A DNA stretch of 64,000 nucleotides from Octopus sinensis (Eukaryota), in the NCBI RefSeq assembly GCF_006345805.1, contig NC_042998.1, positions 87,420,001-87,484,000 of the forward strand. Reading direction: 5' to 3'. Numbering within the stretch: position 1 is the first letter of the stretch; every line of letters begins with the position of its first letter. Position numbers and translations under genes: made by a program. Below are positions 38,593 to 50,922 of the stretch, one piece after another. The notes beneath the pieces were generated by a model. The model made no database searches and was not told the DNA's origin. It worked only from the letters and a program-made list of their open reading frames with translations.

Positions 38593-41049
38593 ATTGTCGA
38601 ACATGTCATCTAGGAAATAAAGCAGATTTTGTCTATACTGTAATTTGTACTTTTTGGTTTGCTTTTACCCCTAAGTATTTCTGAATTCAGGAGTATCTGT
38701 TATTTTCCTTTCCATTATAAACTTATTCATCCTTCCCAGATACCTTGTGACCTGTCTGGCATAAAGCCATCTTACCCAGTTTTTCTCATCTTGCAACTTA
38801 CTTGGTAATTTCACTAGTGTTGGTATTACAAAAAATGCCAAAACAGATATCAGAGACCAGTGCAGTCCTGTGACTCGGATCCTCTCAAACCATCCAACCC
38901 AATCTCATGGAAGACAATGTGACAATGGGTGTTAAATGATGATGGTGTGCATTGTACGTTTCATTTCTGATGAGTCAGTTCTAGTATGTTTCTTTTATGT
39001 TCAACAAATTGAAAAACCATTTGCAGCTGATCAAAACAAAGCAGCCAAGTTTGGTTTCAAAACTATCTGCTTACCTTGACTTGAAACATTTCATCATTTT
39101 ATGTCAGAACCTTTTAGGAAGTTAGTCTCTAAACACTATAGTAAAAAGAGATACTTATTTTCATAAACCTTACCTCATTTCTTGTATTTAAGTCTGGTTC
39201 ATATGAGCTGTTGATGCATGTGTATGTTTCACATATGATTTCTGATGGAGATGTCAAATGTTGGTTATTTGCTGGATTCTGAAACATTTCTATAAATGAT
39301 TTGTCAACTGATGAAAGAATTTAAATTAAGGTACAATATGGTTAGATTTCTTACATAAGAAGACTTAGTTTGCAATAACCTATGTTCTATTGCTTGTTCC
39401 TGTGTTGGCATTTTCTCATGGTTTACAACATTGAACTGCTGGTCTTGTTTATGTGGGACTCACATGTCTCGATCAAGAGATATCATTATGATATTTGCAC
39501 ACACACACGAGCACATTATTCAACAGTTTTCAGTCAGTATGGTTTTCATCTACCAAATCTCATTTGTGATGCATTGGTCGATCCAGACCCCGTAGTGCAA
39601 TGGTCCTCAACAATGTTTTGCCTATGGACCCTTTTGATTCTTATTCTACACTGGTGAACCTCCATAGCTACTCATAATTTTTTCTTTTTTATGCTGTTAT
39701 ATTTTCATCATCATATCAAGACTTGAACCAAAACAATCATTTTAAATATTTTGTGTATTGTAGAAGTATAACCAATTTATTGTACTTAAATTTTAACAAA
39801 ATCTTATGGATCCTGGTTGGGAGTCACTGATGTCATGGAATGAACTAAATAGCAGGTGGTTGCAAAGTGTTCTGGCGTGTATGGACCTTTCTGGAAAGAA
39901 ACAATTGAATTTATCTCCCTTACTTTCAGAAATTATATTAGCCTAATTGACACAAAGCCAACCATTATGATTAATTTTAAATTGTGGCATTGTAAGTATC
40001 ACGTTTATAAAGGAAAGACGTTCAGGAGTCGATTCATTCAGTTATAATTCGTGGCAGTTTCCCAACATGGCCGTGATGTACTATTGGCCATTGGTCTAAC
40101 TCTTTATATTAACTTGTATTACATCTCTTTGCTGTTAAGTTATCGTCACCATCTATTTTCCGGTTAGACCGTAGCCCGAGTAGAAATTGAAGAACGATCC
40201 TATCGTGTATATGTATCAAATAAAGGAAAGAGTTGTATCCCTTTACATCGTATTAAAAGTTATTTAAAAACGCTGTGGCTTAATAAAATCTGCTCTCAAG
40301 TCTGCAATCCAATAATGAATGAGCCTGAAATTTTGGAGTAGGGGGCTAGTAGATTTCATTGATCTCAGCGTAAAGACGTACGAACTGCCGCTAAGCATGG
40401 TATCTCTCTTTTACATGTTTCAGTCATTTGACTGTGGCCATGCTGGAGCACTGCCTTTAGTCGAGCAAATCGACCCCGTGACTTATTCTTTGTAAGCCCA
40501 GTACTTATTCCATCATGTCTCTTTTGCCAAACTGTAAAGTGATGGGGACGTAAACACACCAGCATCGGTTGTCAAGCAACGCTAGGGGGACAAACACATA
40601 CATACACACACATATATATATATATATACGACAGGCTTCTTTCAGTTTCCGTCTACCAAATCCACTCACAAGGCATTGGTTGGCCTGGGGCTATAGCAGA
40701 AGACACTTGCCCAAGATGCCACGCAGTGGAACTGAACCCGGAACCACAGCCACTCCTGCGCTTATGCGAACGATTCTACCAGATTGCTTCCTTAATAGTC
40801 ATAAACAGCTAATATCTTTTTGGGGGGTCAAAATTGTATATTCGTGACAGTTCAAAGTAACATTTACAAAGGCAAATGTAACGTTCTCAACTTGTGTTGA
40901 ACACGTTAATATGTTTTGAGACTTGAATTTCAGGATGCGGGGGGTGAAGCTTGACCAGGCAATACCAAAATATTGATATATTCCAGGTTCAGCAGTATAT
41001 TAATGATTCTGTCCTTAATAGTAAAACTAATACAAATGGAAGATATTCC

Positions 41050-41340
41050 AGTTAGAGTTAGCCATGTTTGATTTCAGAACCGATTCCAGCTTCAGATTGA
41101 AGTGCTTAATCATGCAAGTAACTGCAGGCGTAATAGGTGGTCATGTGCAACCTAGATGTGTCAGCTTGTTGGATTCGATGTCTTTTAACTGTTAGACAGA
41201 ATTATTCAATCCACTGTTAAATCGATTCTGCAGTGCTATCATTCAGCGGCGTGGTTTCAAGTGACTGGTGAATTAATGCCAGCCAACAATTGTGAGAAGG
41301 AAGTACAGGTCGGAAGATGTCATTGGATGTGTTTGAAAAT
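41050..41340 (-). pseudogene. Gypsy-type integrase core relic
   Basis: Across frameshifts: YFLLTIV...FT...ETTPLNDSTAESI*QWIE*F and HMTTYY-PAVTCMIKHFNLKLESVLK...NW, matching YLLTIVDRFTRWPEAxPL...TTAYHPQxNGMIERF. Confidence 0.55.
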
Positions 41341-42809
41341 GTGCATCAGGTGTCATGAGAATGTTTAATGAATTAAATAATATAGAGAAAACTTAGTTGA
41401 GATTTGAATCAGTTTTCAAATTTTCCCAGTCTAGAATTACGACTCGGTATATTTCCACAAAATGAATATGGTTTGACCAATCAGTACTTGCTGACCTATT
41501 TATTGCTAAAACATCAACTTCAAAGGAATTATGCAAGTCTTCCTGCTAAACGCTTTCTAGATTAGAACCTTCGGTGCTGATAATTATCTAAAGACCCAAA
41601 GAATCGGCTTAGAGCGGCGCTATCTCTCGATATTTTCTCACATAGTCCAGCAAATTTAACCTAACCATAGAGCAACTTCAGGATATGGACGAAAGTTTCT
41701 TTTTCCCGTCTGATTGTCACTTAGCTCGCTTATCTTTCTAGTCAAGCCTTAACTAGTGTCGATCAGCAAAAATATTCCTTATATGTAATGATTCATGTCC
41801 TTTACCACTTTGCACACAATATCAATTTATTGAATGTACACATAGTGTGATGCTAAAATAAAATATCTGGAAACTCAAACATACAAGTCATCCAAATATA
41901 TGTGAACAAAAGAGACCAAGGATGACATCGATGAAATGCTAAAACGTCCGAGCTGCGTTACAGTGTCCAATAGTGGAAAGGTTGTAAAAATAGGAGATTT
42001 AGGCATGTTCTGGGGTTCTATAACAATTTGGTTTGGGGATCAAGCTAGATAAATCTTTTTAGCAATCTGAATGTAGTGAAGAGAAGAAAAGGAGAAAGAT
42101 CAATTGCTGCTAATAATTCCGAGCAACAGCTTGTGGCTGAATTGCCATTTAGCGACCTTCTGACGATCAGTTGTAAGGGATTTGGTTTTGCAGATACATT
42201 GGTTCATGAAACTCAAAATGATGACTAACAAGTTTCTTACCGCATTGCTGTTGAGTAAGGGACAAACAATACTTGGATCCAAGTGAAGGAGGGCACTTCA
42301 CCGAGATGAAGATGGTTTAATGAAAACGGAACTGACAGAGGATACCCGTGTGTTAGTACCTCGTATTATAAGATAGGCAATAAATCAATAAGCCGTTGAT
42401 GTTGACGAATCCAAACTACCGAATAAAATTTGCTATGAGTATTGGTGTTAGCATGTCAGCGACGGTAAAAATCTATCGAAAATATACTCCAAGGATCGAG
42501 GTCAAAAAAGAGAGTTCCCCTGGTGCATGAAGGCCATCCTAGAATTCATCATCCCTCATAGAGGCCGCATTGAACAAATTATTTTCCTTTTTTCAGTTAT
42601 TTTATCTCCTAATCTAACAAAAGAAAGACAGGTGCGTATAAAATCGAAAGCATGACTTTTCAAATATTTTATTTAAGTAAGGAGGTAATTTTATACAAAT
42701 AATAAGTAAATGTTTAATATCGAAAGCAAGACATTTTCAAATATTTTATTTAGCCAAGTAGGTACGTTTTATACAAATTAATGACTTCTTTGAATTTGCT
42801 TTTTTTAAG

Positions 42810-44520
42810 AAAGCATTTGATATGTTGTGATCCTTAATTTCAACTGGTCTTCCAAATGTTCATCTATCAATTGCGTTCTCAGTGAATTCTTGATTTGCGT
42901 CAAGTACGAGAATATGGATTCACAACAGTATGTGGAAGAAATGCAGGAAATTAGTCGGCGTGCATGTTCACAAAAACGAAGATATTCTACCGCATTTTTC
43001 CTCTTGTCAAACAGAGATTTCAGGATATTATCTTCAGACATTTCAATAAGCTCCATTTGTAACTCTTCGGAAACCTCTGATACATCAGCTAAGTGAGGCT
43101 GAAAAGCGAATTTCAGAGTGATGTCATGTTTTCCAAAATCACTGAATCTTTTTATTATATTCTATTAATGAGTCTAAAACTGACTCGTATTCTTCAAAAG
43201 ATTCATAGATATCTTCTTCCTTTTCACTCTTTACCTTCGTAAGCTGAGGAAAGTTTTGACTGAGCCAAAAGGAACTCGCAAAATGACAATTTTTTTCGAA
43301 ATGCCCAACTTTTTTGCCACATATAAATATATTTATTCTTGTCTTGCAACGAAATGGTTAACTCATTTTGTTTTGACATCACATCACATTAAAATGCAAC
43401 ATCTCTGTAAAAATTTGGATCTGATAAATCACAATGTTTGTTGTCTTTGAAAAAGTCAATTCTTTGCCTTCGTAAAGACAAAATTTTGACCAATACTTTC
43501 ACTTGCGACAACCAGCATACTTTTGAGTGATAAGACAAATCCACATTAATAATTTTGTCATCCATCATCAGCATGTCTCGAAATTAACGATGCCTCAGAG
43601 CATTTGCTTGAATATAGTTTACAATACTTATAACGTTCTGCAAAGTGTCATTTAAAATGACAGATTTTGCACAGAGATTTTGCTGATATAAAATACAATG
43701 AAAAGAAATCAGTACATTTGGTTATTTGATTATGCTTTTAAGATGCGCAATAAACCCTTCATTTTCAGCCATTATAGTTGGAGCACCATCCATGCACGCA
43801 CTTACCAAATTAGTAAAATTTAGTCCTACTTTATAATATTGCTCTTTGAAGTTGTTAAAAATATTTATTCCTTGCATACTTCCTTTAATGGTGCCTAAAG
43901 CAAATAATACTTCATATAATTGGAAATCATCAGTTATAGCACGAATAAAATACAATACTTGTGTGGAATCTGTCGATTCATCTAAAGCTATTGAGCAATA
44001 TACATTTTCTTTTGGGATTATATTTTTCAATTACATTACAGGCCAATTCATTCTGTTGATCTGTATTAGTCCTTCTTGAAAGAGGCACCACTTTATATTT
44101 GTTAACTTTATCGGGATCTATACATCCTACCACTTCTAAAATACATTCCTTTATGAGTTCTGTATCACTGAAAGGCATACCATTTTTTTTCAAGCAAATA
44201 TGCAACTTTATAGCTGGTTTCTGTCGTAGCATTCCCTAGATGCAACACAGATTGGAAAAATTGTCTTTGCTTTTGTTTTCCATCGCTCAATTTCTGCAAT
44301 GTTATCTTTCGAAACTCACTCTCAAAGTTGGTATATTTATTGTCTTTATGAAGAGCATAATACTGCTGTGCATTGGATTTCTTAACCGTTACAATTTCAG
44401 TATCACAAAACAAGCAAGACATTTTGTGTCCACTATTTACAAAAAAATATTGCAATTCCCATTCTTCATTGAAGATGCTGTTTTCTTCTTTTAAAGTTCA
44501 TTTTTTGACATAATTATGGG
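42810..44520 (-). pseudogene. Near full-length decayed hAT transposase, SPIN/GTF2IRD2 (Buster/Charlie group)
   Basis: FNEEWELQYFFV...SCLFC, PFSDTELIKEC...VPLSRRT, SIALDESTD, CMDGAPTI, STYCCESIFS...KNSLRTQLIDEHLEDQLKL; multiple stops and frameshifts. Confidence 0.9.
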
Positions 44521-46351
44521 TTAAAAAGAAATGTATTTATTCTGAAAAGCCATAAAAAATAAAATTTTAATAATGAATTAGTAAACCCGTCTGCACACTG
44601 ACCCAAATAAAACTGTCTTAGACAAGACACGATAAATTTGCATTCAAAACCATGTTTTTGGCTTTGACTTTAAGCAATTCTTACTACCATTTGAGACTGA
44701 ACAACATCTAGATTAGCTATAATTTTTTTTCTGTAATTAGTCCTATTATTTTATCATTACCTAATTGTTGCAGAAATAACCTCAAATATCGACGGTTTCC
44801 AGTCTCACAAAATAATGACTATTGTTGAAGCTATGACCAAGATTCCAAGAACATAATTTCGGATTCTGATTGATAGTGTCTTGTCTAAGACCGTATTGTC
44901 TGAAACAGTGTGCAGCTGGCTTAGCAGAGTAGCAATGAATATGATCACTGTATCGCCTATCAAGTCTCAATGATAAAAAGCAAGTATGTAAAATTAACGC
45001 ACGCACTGATGGATTTACGGTTTCAAATAAGGCTATATATAACTAACTCAGTTTCACAAAACAAGTCAGTAAGAAGTTGGCCACGACTACGCAATTACCA
45101 AGTAAAGTACCTAGCACGGATCACAATAAAAAGGTGGATGAAACAGGAACTCTTCGTGTATCATACGTGAAGTCACTTCCTCCCACTAAGCTAGTGTGGC
45201 TGACAAAGAAACATTGTCAAAAAAGAAAGAAAATACACCAATGGCCGCACTTGATAGCCTGGAAGGCCACAGGTTCCCCATCTGTGCCCTAGTGGCTTCA
45301 GGCATGTGGTACACTGGGACCTATTTTCTGCATCATATGCGTCTACTTAAGTAAGTCAGGGAAGGATCATTTAGCTAACATGGCAAGTTTGTTACAGAGG
45401 TGTCGGACTGAGTCACCAGCATTTATACAAAAGATGCAGATGGCAAAAGCAAAATTGTAGACATGTTGTTGGAAAACTCTGCTCTTCGATAGAAATTGGG
45501 AAAATTCAGGTTTAACGATAAGATTTATAACAGGAAGTCATGGCAAAAATTTGATGCTTCAATTTTCGGTCCACTAGCCATTTTCAACCACGAAGTATAG
45601 AACCCAGATTTTAAAGTGAGCGTTTTAATTATATGATTTTTTAGTTGTTGATGTGCTTTCCACTATTCGAAACTATTTATCAACTCTTTCTTGGGAATAG
45701 ATTATCCTCATTCATGTGTCAAAGAACTGATAAGAAGCAACCGTAGAGAAATACAGTTTACTCGATTCGGTTTACATAGATTACCATCACAAAATGTGAA
45801 AGTAAATTGCAATAGAAACCAGAAGAGGCGAAAATGACATATCAAAATTTCGTAAAAAACAACAACAAAACAAAGAACTCTCTTATTTTGTTACATCAAC
45901 ACGTACCTAGAAACATGATACATTCTAGTGATGTGCTAAGTATTTCAGAAATAGCAGCTGAGGCACACTGTTCCCACTTATAATACCCAGCAAGGATCAT
46001 AACTGAGAAAGCATGTCGATGTATGATAACAAACACAATTACATGGAAGCTGTACAGTTTATGGATTGTAGAGAAATAACCGACAGGAAGCGGTGGGAAG
46101 AACCATTTGACTCTACCAATAATAATAATAATAATAATTCAACTAACGTATATGTGGGTAAGAGACTTTCGTCACTTCCGGTTTCTATTGCAATTTGCTT
46201 TAAACTTTTTTTTTTATACTTTTATGACAATTTACGTTCCATTTTTATGATAGTAAACCGCATGTTAAACCCTCGACGTAGGAAGCTCTTCACAACGGAC
46301 GCCCCGAGAAGATGGTGGCTCCCCAAAAAATGACTTTTAATTTCAGAGCAT

Positions 46352-47195
46352 GGATCTTTTCCTTTTGAACGGCAGTTTTCAACACAATTTCTAGTTAACT
46401 AAACACTTTTAAACTTCGTATACTGGTAGAATGTGTCAAAATAAATTTTTATTTTCTCTTGGCTTTCTTGAGAAAAATGTAATTTGTAAGTTTAACGTAG
46501 TTTAATTTTTCGAATTTTAACCAATCAATTGCCTCTATTGAGCTAAAATCATTTGCTGCGTCTAAAACTGAGACAACATCCAGTCACTAACCCTAACCCT
46601 AAATTTTAGCCTTTCGTTTTTTTTTTCTTAATTGTTAAATTAATTCAATTGTTACTCGTGTGTCTAAAATTATTCGTTTTGTTTTTGTTTTGAGTTTTTG
46701 CTTTCGTTTTAGCCTTTCGTTTTTTTTTTTTCTTAATTGTTAAATTAATTTAAGGATAATAATTAAGAAAAAAAAAACGAGGCTAAAACGAAAGCAATGG
46801 AAAATAATTTTAATTGAACAACTTAGGAAAGAAACGAAAGGCTAAAACGAAAGAAAAAACTCAAAACAAAAACAAAACGAATAATTTTAGATACACGCGT
46901 AACAATTAAGAAAAAAAACGAAAGGCTAAATTTTAGGGTTAGGGTGAGGGTTAGGGTTAGTGACTGGATGTTGTCTCAGTTTTAGACGCAGCAAATGATT
47001 TTAGCTCAATAGAGGCAATTGATTGGTTAAAATTCGAAAAATTAAACTACGTTAAACTTACAAACTACATTTTTCTCAAGAAAGCCAAGAGAAAAAAAAA
47101 ATTTATTTTGACACATTCTACCAGTATACGAAGTTTAAAAGTGTTTAGTTAACTAGAAATTGTGTTGAAAACTGCCGTTCAAAAGGAAAAGATCC
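46352..47195. mobile_element. 844-bp foldback-type TIR element with internal telomeric repeats
   Basis: GGATCTTTTCC termini; ~240 bp near-perfect arms continuing as repetitive arms almost to the centre; 8-bp flanks CAGAGCAT/TAGAGCAT; CCCTAA units at 46587-46602, TTAGGG units at 46933-46960. Confidence 0.9.
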
Positions 47196-47797
47196 TAGAG
47201 CATTGCTGTTCCGTTTGCCTGTGCGTGCACACACACATCTGACACTGCTTTAGACGTGTTTCCAAAACTTATTTTGCAAGCATGCATATAATTATTTCTA
47301 CACAATAGGAAAGGCTTGTCACAAAGCGCACTAATTTTGATACTTACTGCCAACAGCTTGACCGAAACATTCTCATGCATCATTAATGTCACGTGTGTAC
47401 AAACAATGGTAATTTGTAAACTTTAATTTACTAGAATGTTATTTTAACTCTGCACCTCAGTAAGCATTTTCGCAGGACCTTTCAGTGATGCAGTATAATT
47501 CTTGTAAGCATAATGAATATATATAGTTATATCTTGTAATCGGAAGCCACTGTGCGTTCTTTGGCAAGTTTAGAAGCATGAAAATGAGAATGAATAAAAG
47601 TGACATGGGTAGCAAAGATGAGTAATTTCCAGTATCATAATTATTTAATTCACGTTAATAAAAATGAAATACAGTATTCTACATAATTTGACAATTCTAT
47701 AACAAATTTTAAATGTAGTTATAAAAATATAATCTTTGATAGTATTGAGAAATTCATAAACAATATACTACATAATATAGGGTGAATTTCTCGACTA

Positions 47798-47870
47798 GGG
47801 CTCGTGGCGCAATGGATAACGCGTCTGACTACGGATCAGAAGATTCCAGGTTCGAATCCTGGTGAGCTCG
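47798..47870 (+). tRNA. tRNA-Arg(ACG)
   Basis: 73 nt cloverleaf, anticodon arm TCTGA-CT-ACG-GA-TCAGA, T-loop GGTTCGAATCC, T4 terminator at 47878-47881. Confidence 0.97.
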
Positions 47871-48269
47871 CAACTTGTTTTGCATTTACGCTTAATAATT
47901 TTTATATTTTGAAATTCACTCAATTGTGCGATTTGATTTCACTCTTTTCAATTAGTGAACTATGCTCATACAAATAAATTCAAATATATCAATCTCTATC
48001 ATATTGGCTTCTGAAGAACAGAAAAATTTCTATCTATTAGAATCTTATTCGCGTACAGGATACACTGTGAGAGTACAAATCGATATCAGTTTTTAACTAG
48101 TTCTTAAATTAATGAACGCCAGAACAATAAAAAGCAAAATAGAATTAGAACAATTTGATCACAGTATGCAATAGACTATCAGATAACGCATGTACTTTGA
48201 TGCATTAACGATGCAATGAACCTTCTGTCAAGATGGCTTGCGATGCTCCATTGATTCCGCCATGAAATT

Positions 48270-48685
48270 TTTGTCATTTTTTTTCCGAGTGCAGTTAAAT
48301 TTAATTATCAATTAATGTTGTTGTTTTACAAAATTAAATTAGAAAATTGCACAAATCAGAGAACACAATTGAAAAAAAATTAAAAATAAAAGAGAGGAAG
48401 AAAATAAGACCCCCCACCACCAAAGAAAATCATTTACCACAAAGTTGGGGGCGCTGGGAAATCTCTCTAATGACTATTGAGGCACGCTTGCAGCGTTGCC
48501 GCGGGTGATGGCGAGGCTGATGCGTTGGAACAGCCAAGTGCCCTCACGAGCTGCACCAGTTACCTCCGCTAGGCGAGTTGCCAGTGAAGACAGGAATCTT
48601 GCAGTTAGTGGTCCGACCCCACCAAACGTCTCGAACACCACAGATCGCGGTATTTCAGGATTTTTTTTGTCATTAGTTCCAGATA
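48270..48685 (-). mobile_element. 3' fragment of a CRE-like non-LTR retrotransposon (restriction-like endonuclease end)
   Basis: KKILKYRDL then VVFETFGGVGPLTARFLSSLATRLAEVTGAAREGTWLFQRISLAITRGNAASV, stop at 48474-48476. Confidence 0.75.
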
Positions 48686-49158
48686 GAATGGTGAAGTAGA
48701 AAGTCGTTTTAGTTTATGCATATCCTGAAAGGATTTGTAGCATATGGAAAACTTTATCCACGGAATGCAAAACTGTGACGCTAGTCCGTCTCATCGAGGT
48801 TTTACATTTTCCTTCCCAGTGCTTGCACTTCACTATAATTAATGTCGGTTTGTGTCAATTAGGTGCAATACACATTGGAGCATATCTTCCCCTTCTGTCT
48901 TTTCCACTAATGCTTACTATGTCTCTCTTATACAAACATGCAGACATACAGATACATCATTAACTGTCGCTCACACATACAAACTACCATTTTGCTTTTG
49001 TTCAATCAGAATTATCACTTTTGATTTTAGCGCTGATTGGAATGTTCTAAATGTCACATGACCCGTTTACACGAACAGTATCGAAAACTGGCTAAATTAC
49101 CGTTTCTGTTGGTTATTTTCAGCCAATCGAATCATTTCCTTTTTGGAGTGTTCGTTTT
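48686..49158 (+). repeat. Arm A of inverted duplication (partner 50495-50922)
   Basis: Long collinear reverse-complement matches, e.g. ttttagtttatgc.tatcctg and ttttagcgc.gattggaatg...gtcacatgaccc..ttacacgaac. Confidence 0.85.
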
Positions 49159-49557
49159 TCGGTCCTCATTTTCCTAACAGGGAGAGTTAATTCAAAAGTT
49201 CTGAGAAAATGCTACCTGACCTCGCGTATCAAGAAATATTGAACACAAACATTCATTAATGTCTGTCACACATTGTAAGCTGAGAGCGTTTCACAGATGA
49301 ATTTGTTCTTCCGTACGCACATATGGACTCGTAATACGTTGACCCAGAATGCAAGAATGCCAAGGAAGAACATATGCAGTATACCAGTACGCACTGTATT
49401 TATAAATGTACTTTAAATGAAGAAGCGTATGATAATTTACCGCATCATAATTTGCTCGAGTGTTGTAATACACAGAAAGTTTGCAGAATATAAATTGTCT
49501 GAAAATGCACAGAGCACTTCCAGCATAATAAATTAATATGTTAACAGAAGTGTTCAC

Positions 49558-50008
49558 GGATCTTTACCTTTTGACCTTCAGATTTGAAAAATAATTTTTG
49601 TATCTAAACACTTTCAAACTTCGGACACTGGTAGAATGTGTCATATAAAATATCTTTTACTCTTAGCATTTTTGAGAAAAACTTATATTTACGAAGTAAT
49701 TTCACGTTAAAGTAGTCCTGTTTCAGTAATTTCAACCTATCAATGACGCGTATTCAGCTGAATAAAATTACTGCCGTTGTTTGTCAACAACAACTATCGG
49801 GGGTGTATTTTCGTTTGTCACTGTTATTTACGACATCGTTCGTGCGTTTGTACTGGTTTTAGCTTTAAGGTTTTAGGGTTAGGGCTAGAGTTTTAGGGTT
49901 AAGAGTAAAAGATGTTTTATATGACACATTCTACCAGTGTCCGAAGTTTGAAAGTGTTTAGTTACAAAAAATTATTTTAAAAATCTTTATGTCGAAAGGT
50001 AAAGATCC
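49558..50008. mobile_element. 451-bp member of the same GGATCTTT-ended family
   Basis: GGATCTTTACCTTT termini, ~110-bp TIRs sharing cacttt.aaacttcg...actggtagaatgtgtca with 46352-47195; flanks GTGTTCAC/GAATTCAC (6/8); TTAGGG units at 49873-49900. Confidence 0.85.
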
Positions 50009-50223
50009 GAATTCACAAATACTTATTGCTTATTAAAAAAAGTTTGTAGGTTACAAAATAAAAGTTACGTTTTGGATACGAGTCCTCGCGCGCGTAAGGA
50101 CAAGTGCTTTTGTGACTTAAAATGCAACAGACGTTAATGTATATACGCTTCTGTTGAGAGCTCGAGATGTCAAGATGGGGAGTCGAAGTTGCATTTCTTA
50201 ACTTTATTAAATAAATACTTTCT

Positions 50224-50441
50224 TATTTCTTTATTGCCCACAAGGGACAAACAAGGACAGACAAAGGGATTATGTCGATTACATCGACCCCAGTGCGTAA
50301 CTGGTACATAATTTATCGACCCCGAAAGGATGAAAGGCAAAGTCGACCTCGGCGGAATTTGAACTCAGAACGTAGCAGCAGACGAAATACCGCAAAGCAT
50401 TTCGCTCGGCGTGCTAACGTTTCTGCCAGCTCGCTGCCTTA
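50224..50441 (-). mobile_element. Intact tRNA-derived SINE with long TSD
   Basis: Full head-to-tail copy; ATTAAATAAATACTTTCT duplicated at 50206-50223 and 50442-50459. Confidence 0.9.
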
Positions 50442-50494
50442 ATTAAATAAATACTTTCTATTTGGAAAACGAAGCAATAGACGTTATTTTTCAG

Positions 50495-50922
50495 AAAACG
50501 AACACTCTAAGAAGGAAATGATTTGATGACCAAAAATATCCAATTAAAACACGGTCAAGTAATTTATCCGTTTTCTGTTCCGTTCGTGTAACCGGGTCAT
50601 GTGACGGAGTACATTCCAATCGGCGCTAAAATTCAAGTTGTGATAATTGTGACTGAACAAAACGAAATGCTAGCTTGTACATATGAACGACAGTCGTATG
50701 TCTGCCTGTGTATGTTTCTCCTAGTTAAGAGAAACACAATAAGTGTATATAAGTGAGGACAAAAGAAGCCTGAGTATAGTGAAGGATTAACGCTGAGTGT
50801 AAAGCTCCTTGGAACGGGCTGGCGGTCTAGTTTCGATTCCCTGTTTAGCCCTTTCTTAATGTTTGTGCTACTATTCCTTCCAGGATAGGCATAAACTAAA
50901 ATAATTTTATATTTTACCATTC
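50495..50922 (-). repeat. Arm B of inverted duplication
   Basis: Reverse-complement homolog of 48686-49158. Confidence 0.85.

Noticed and set aside
41900-42060. CAP-Gly or kinase (VKIGDLG) domain
   Set aside because: Only short motif resemblance, broken by a frameshift and stops; insufficient to name.
46587-46960. Head-to-head telomere fusion / interstitial telomere
   Set aside because: Only 2-4 units per side, CCCTAA precedes TTAGGG (opposite to a fusion signature) and they sit symmetrically inside a TSD-flanked element.
50370-50441. SINE heads (also 26640-26720, 62770-62850) as extra tRNA genes
   Set aside because: A/B-box-like motifs only; no full cloverleaf, and each continues into a SINE body and tail.
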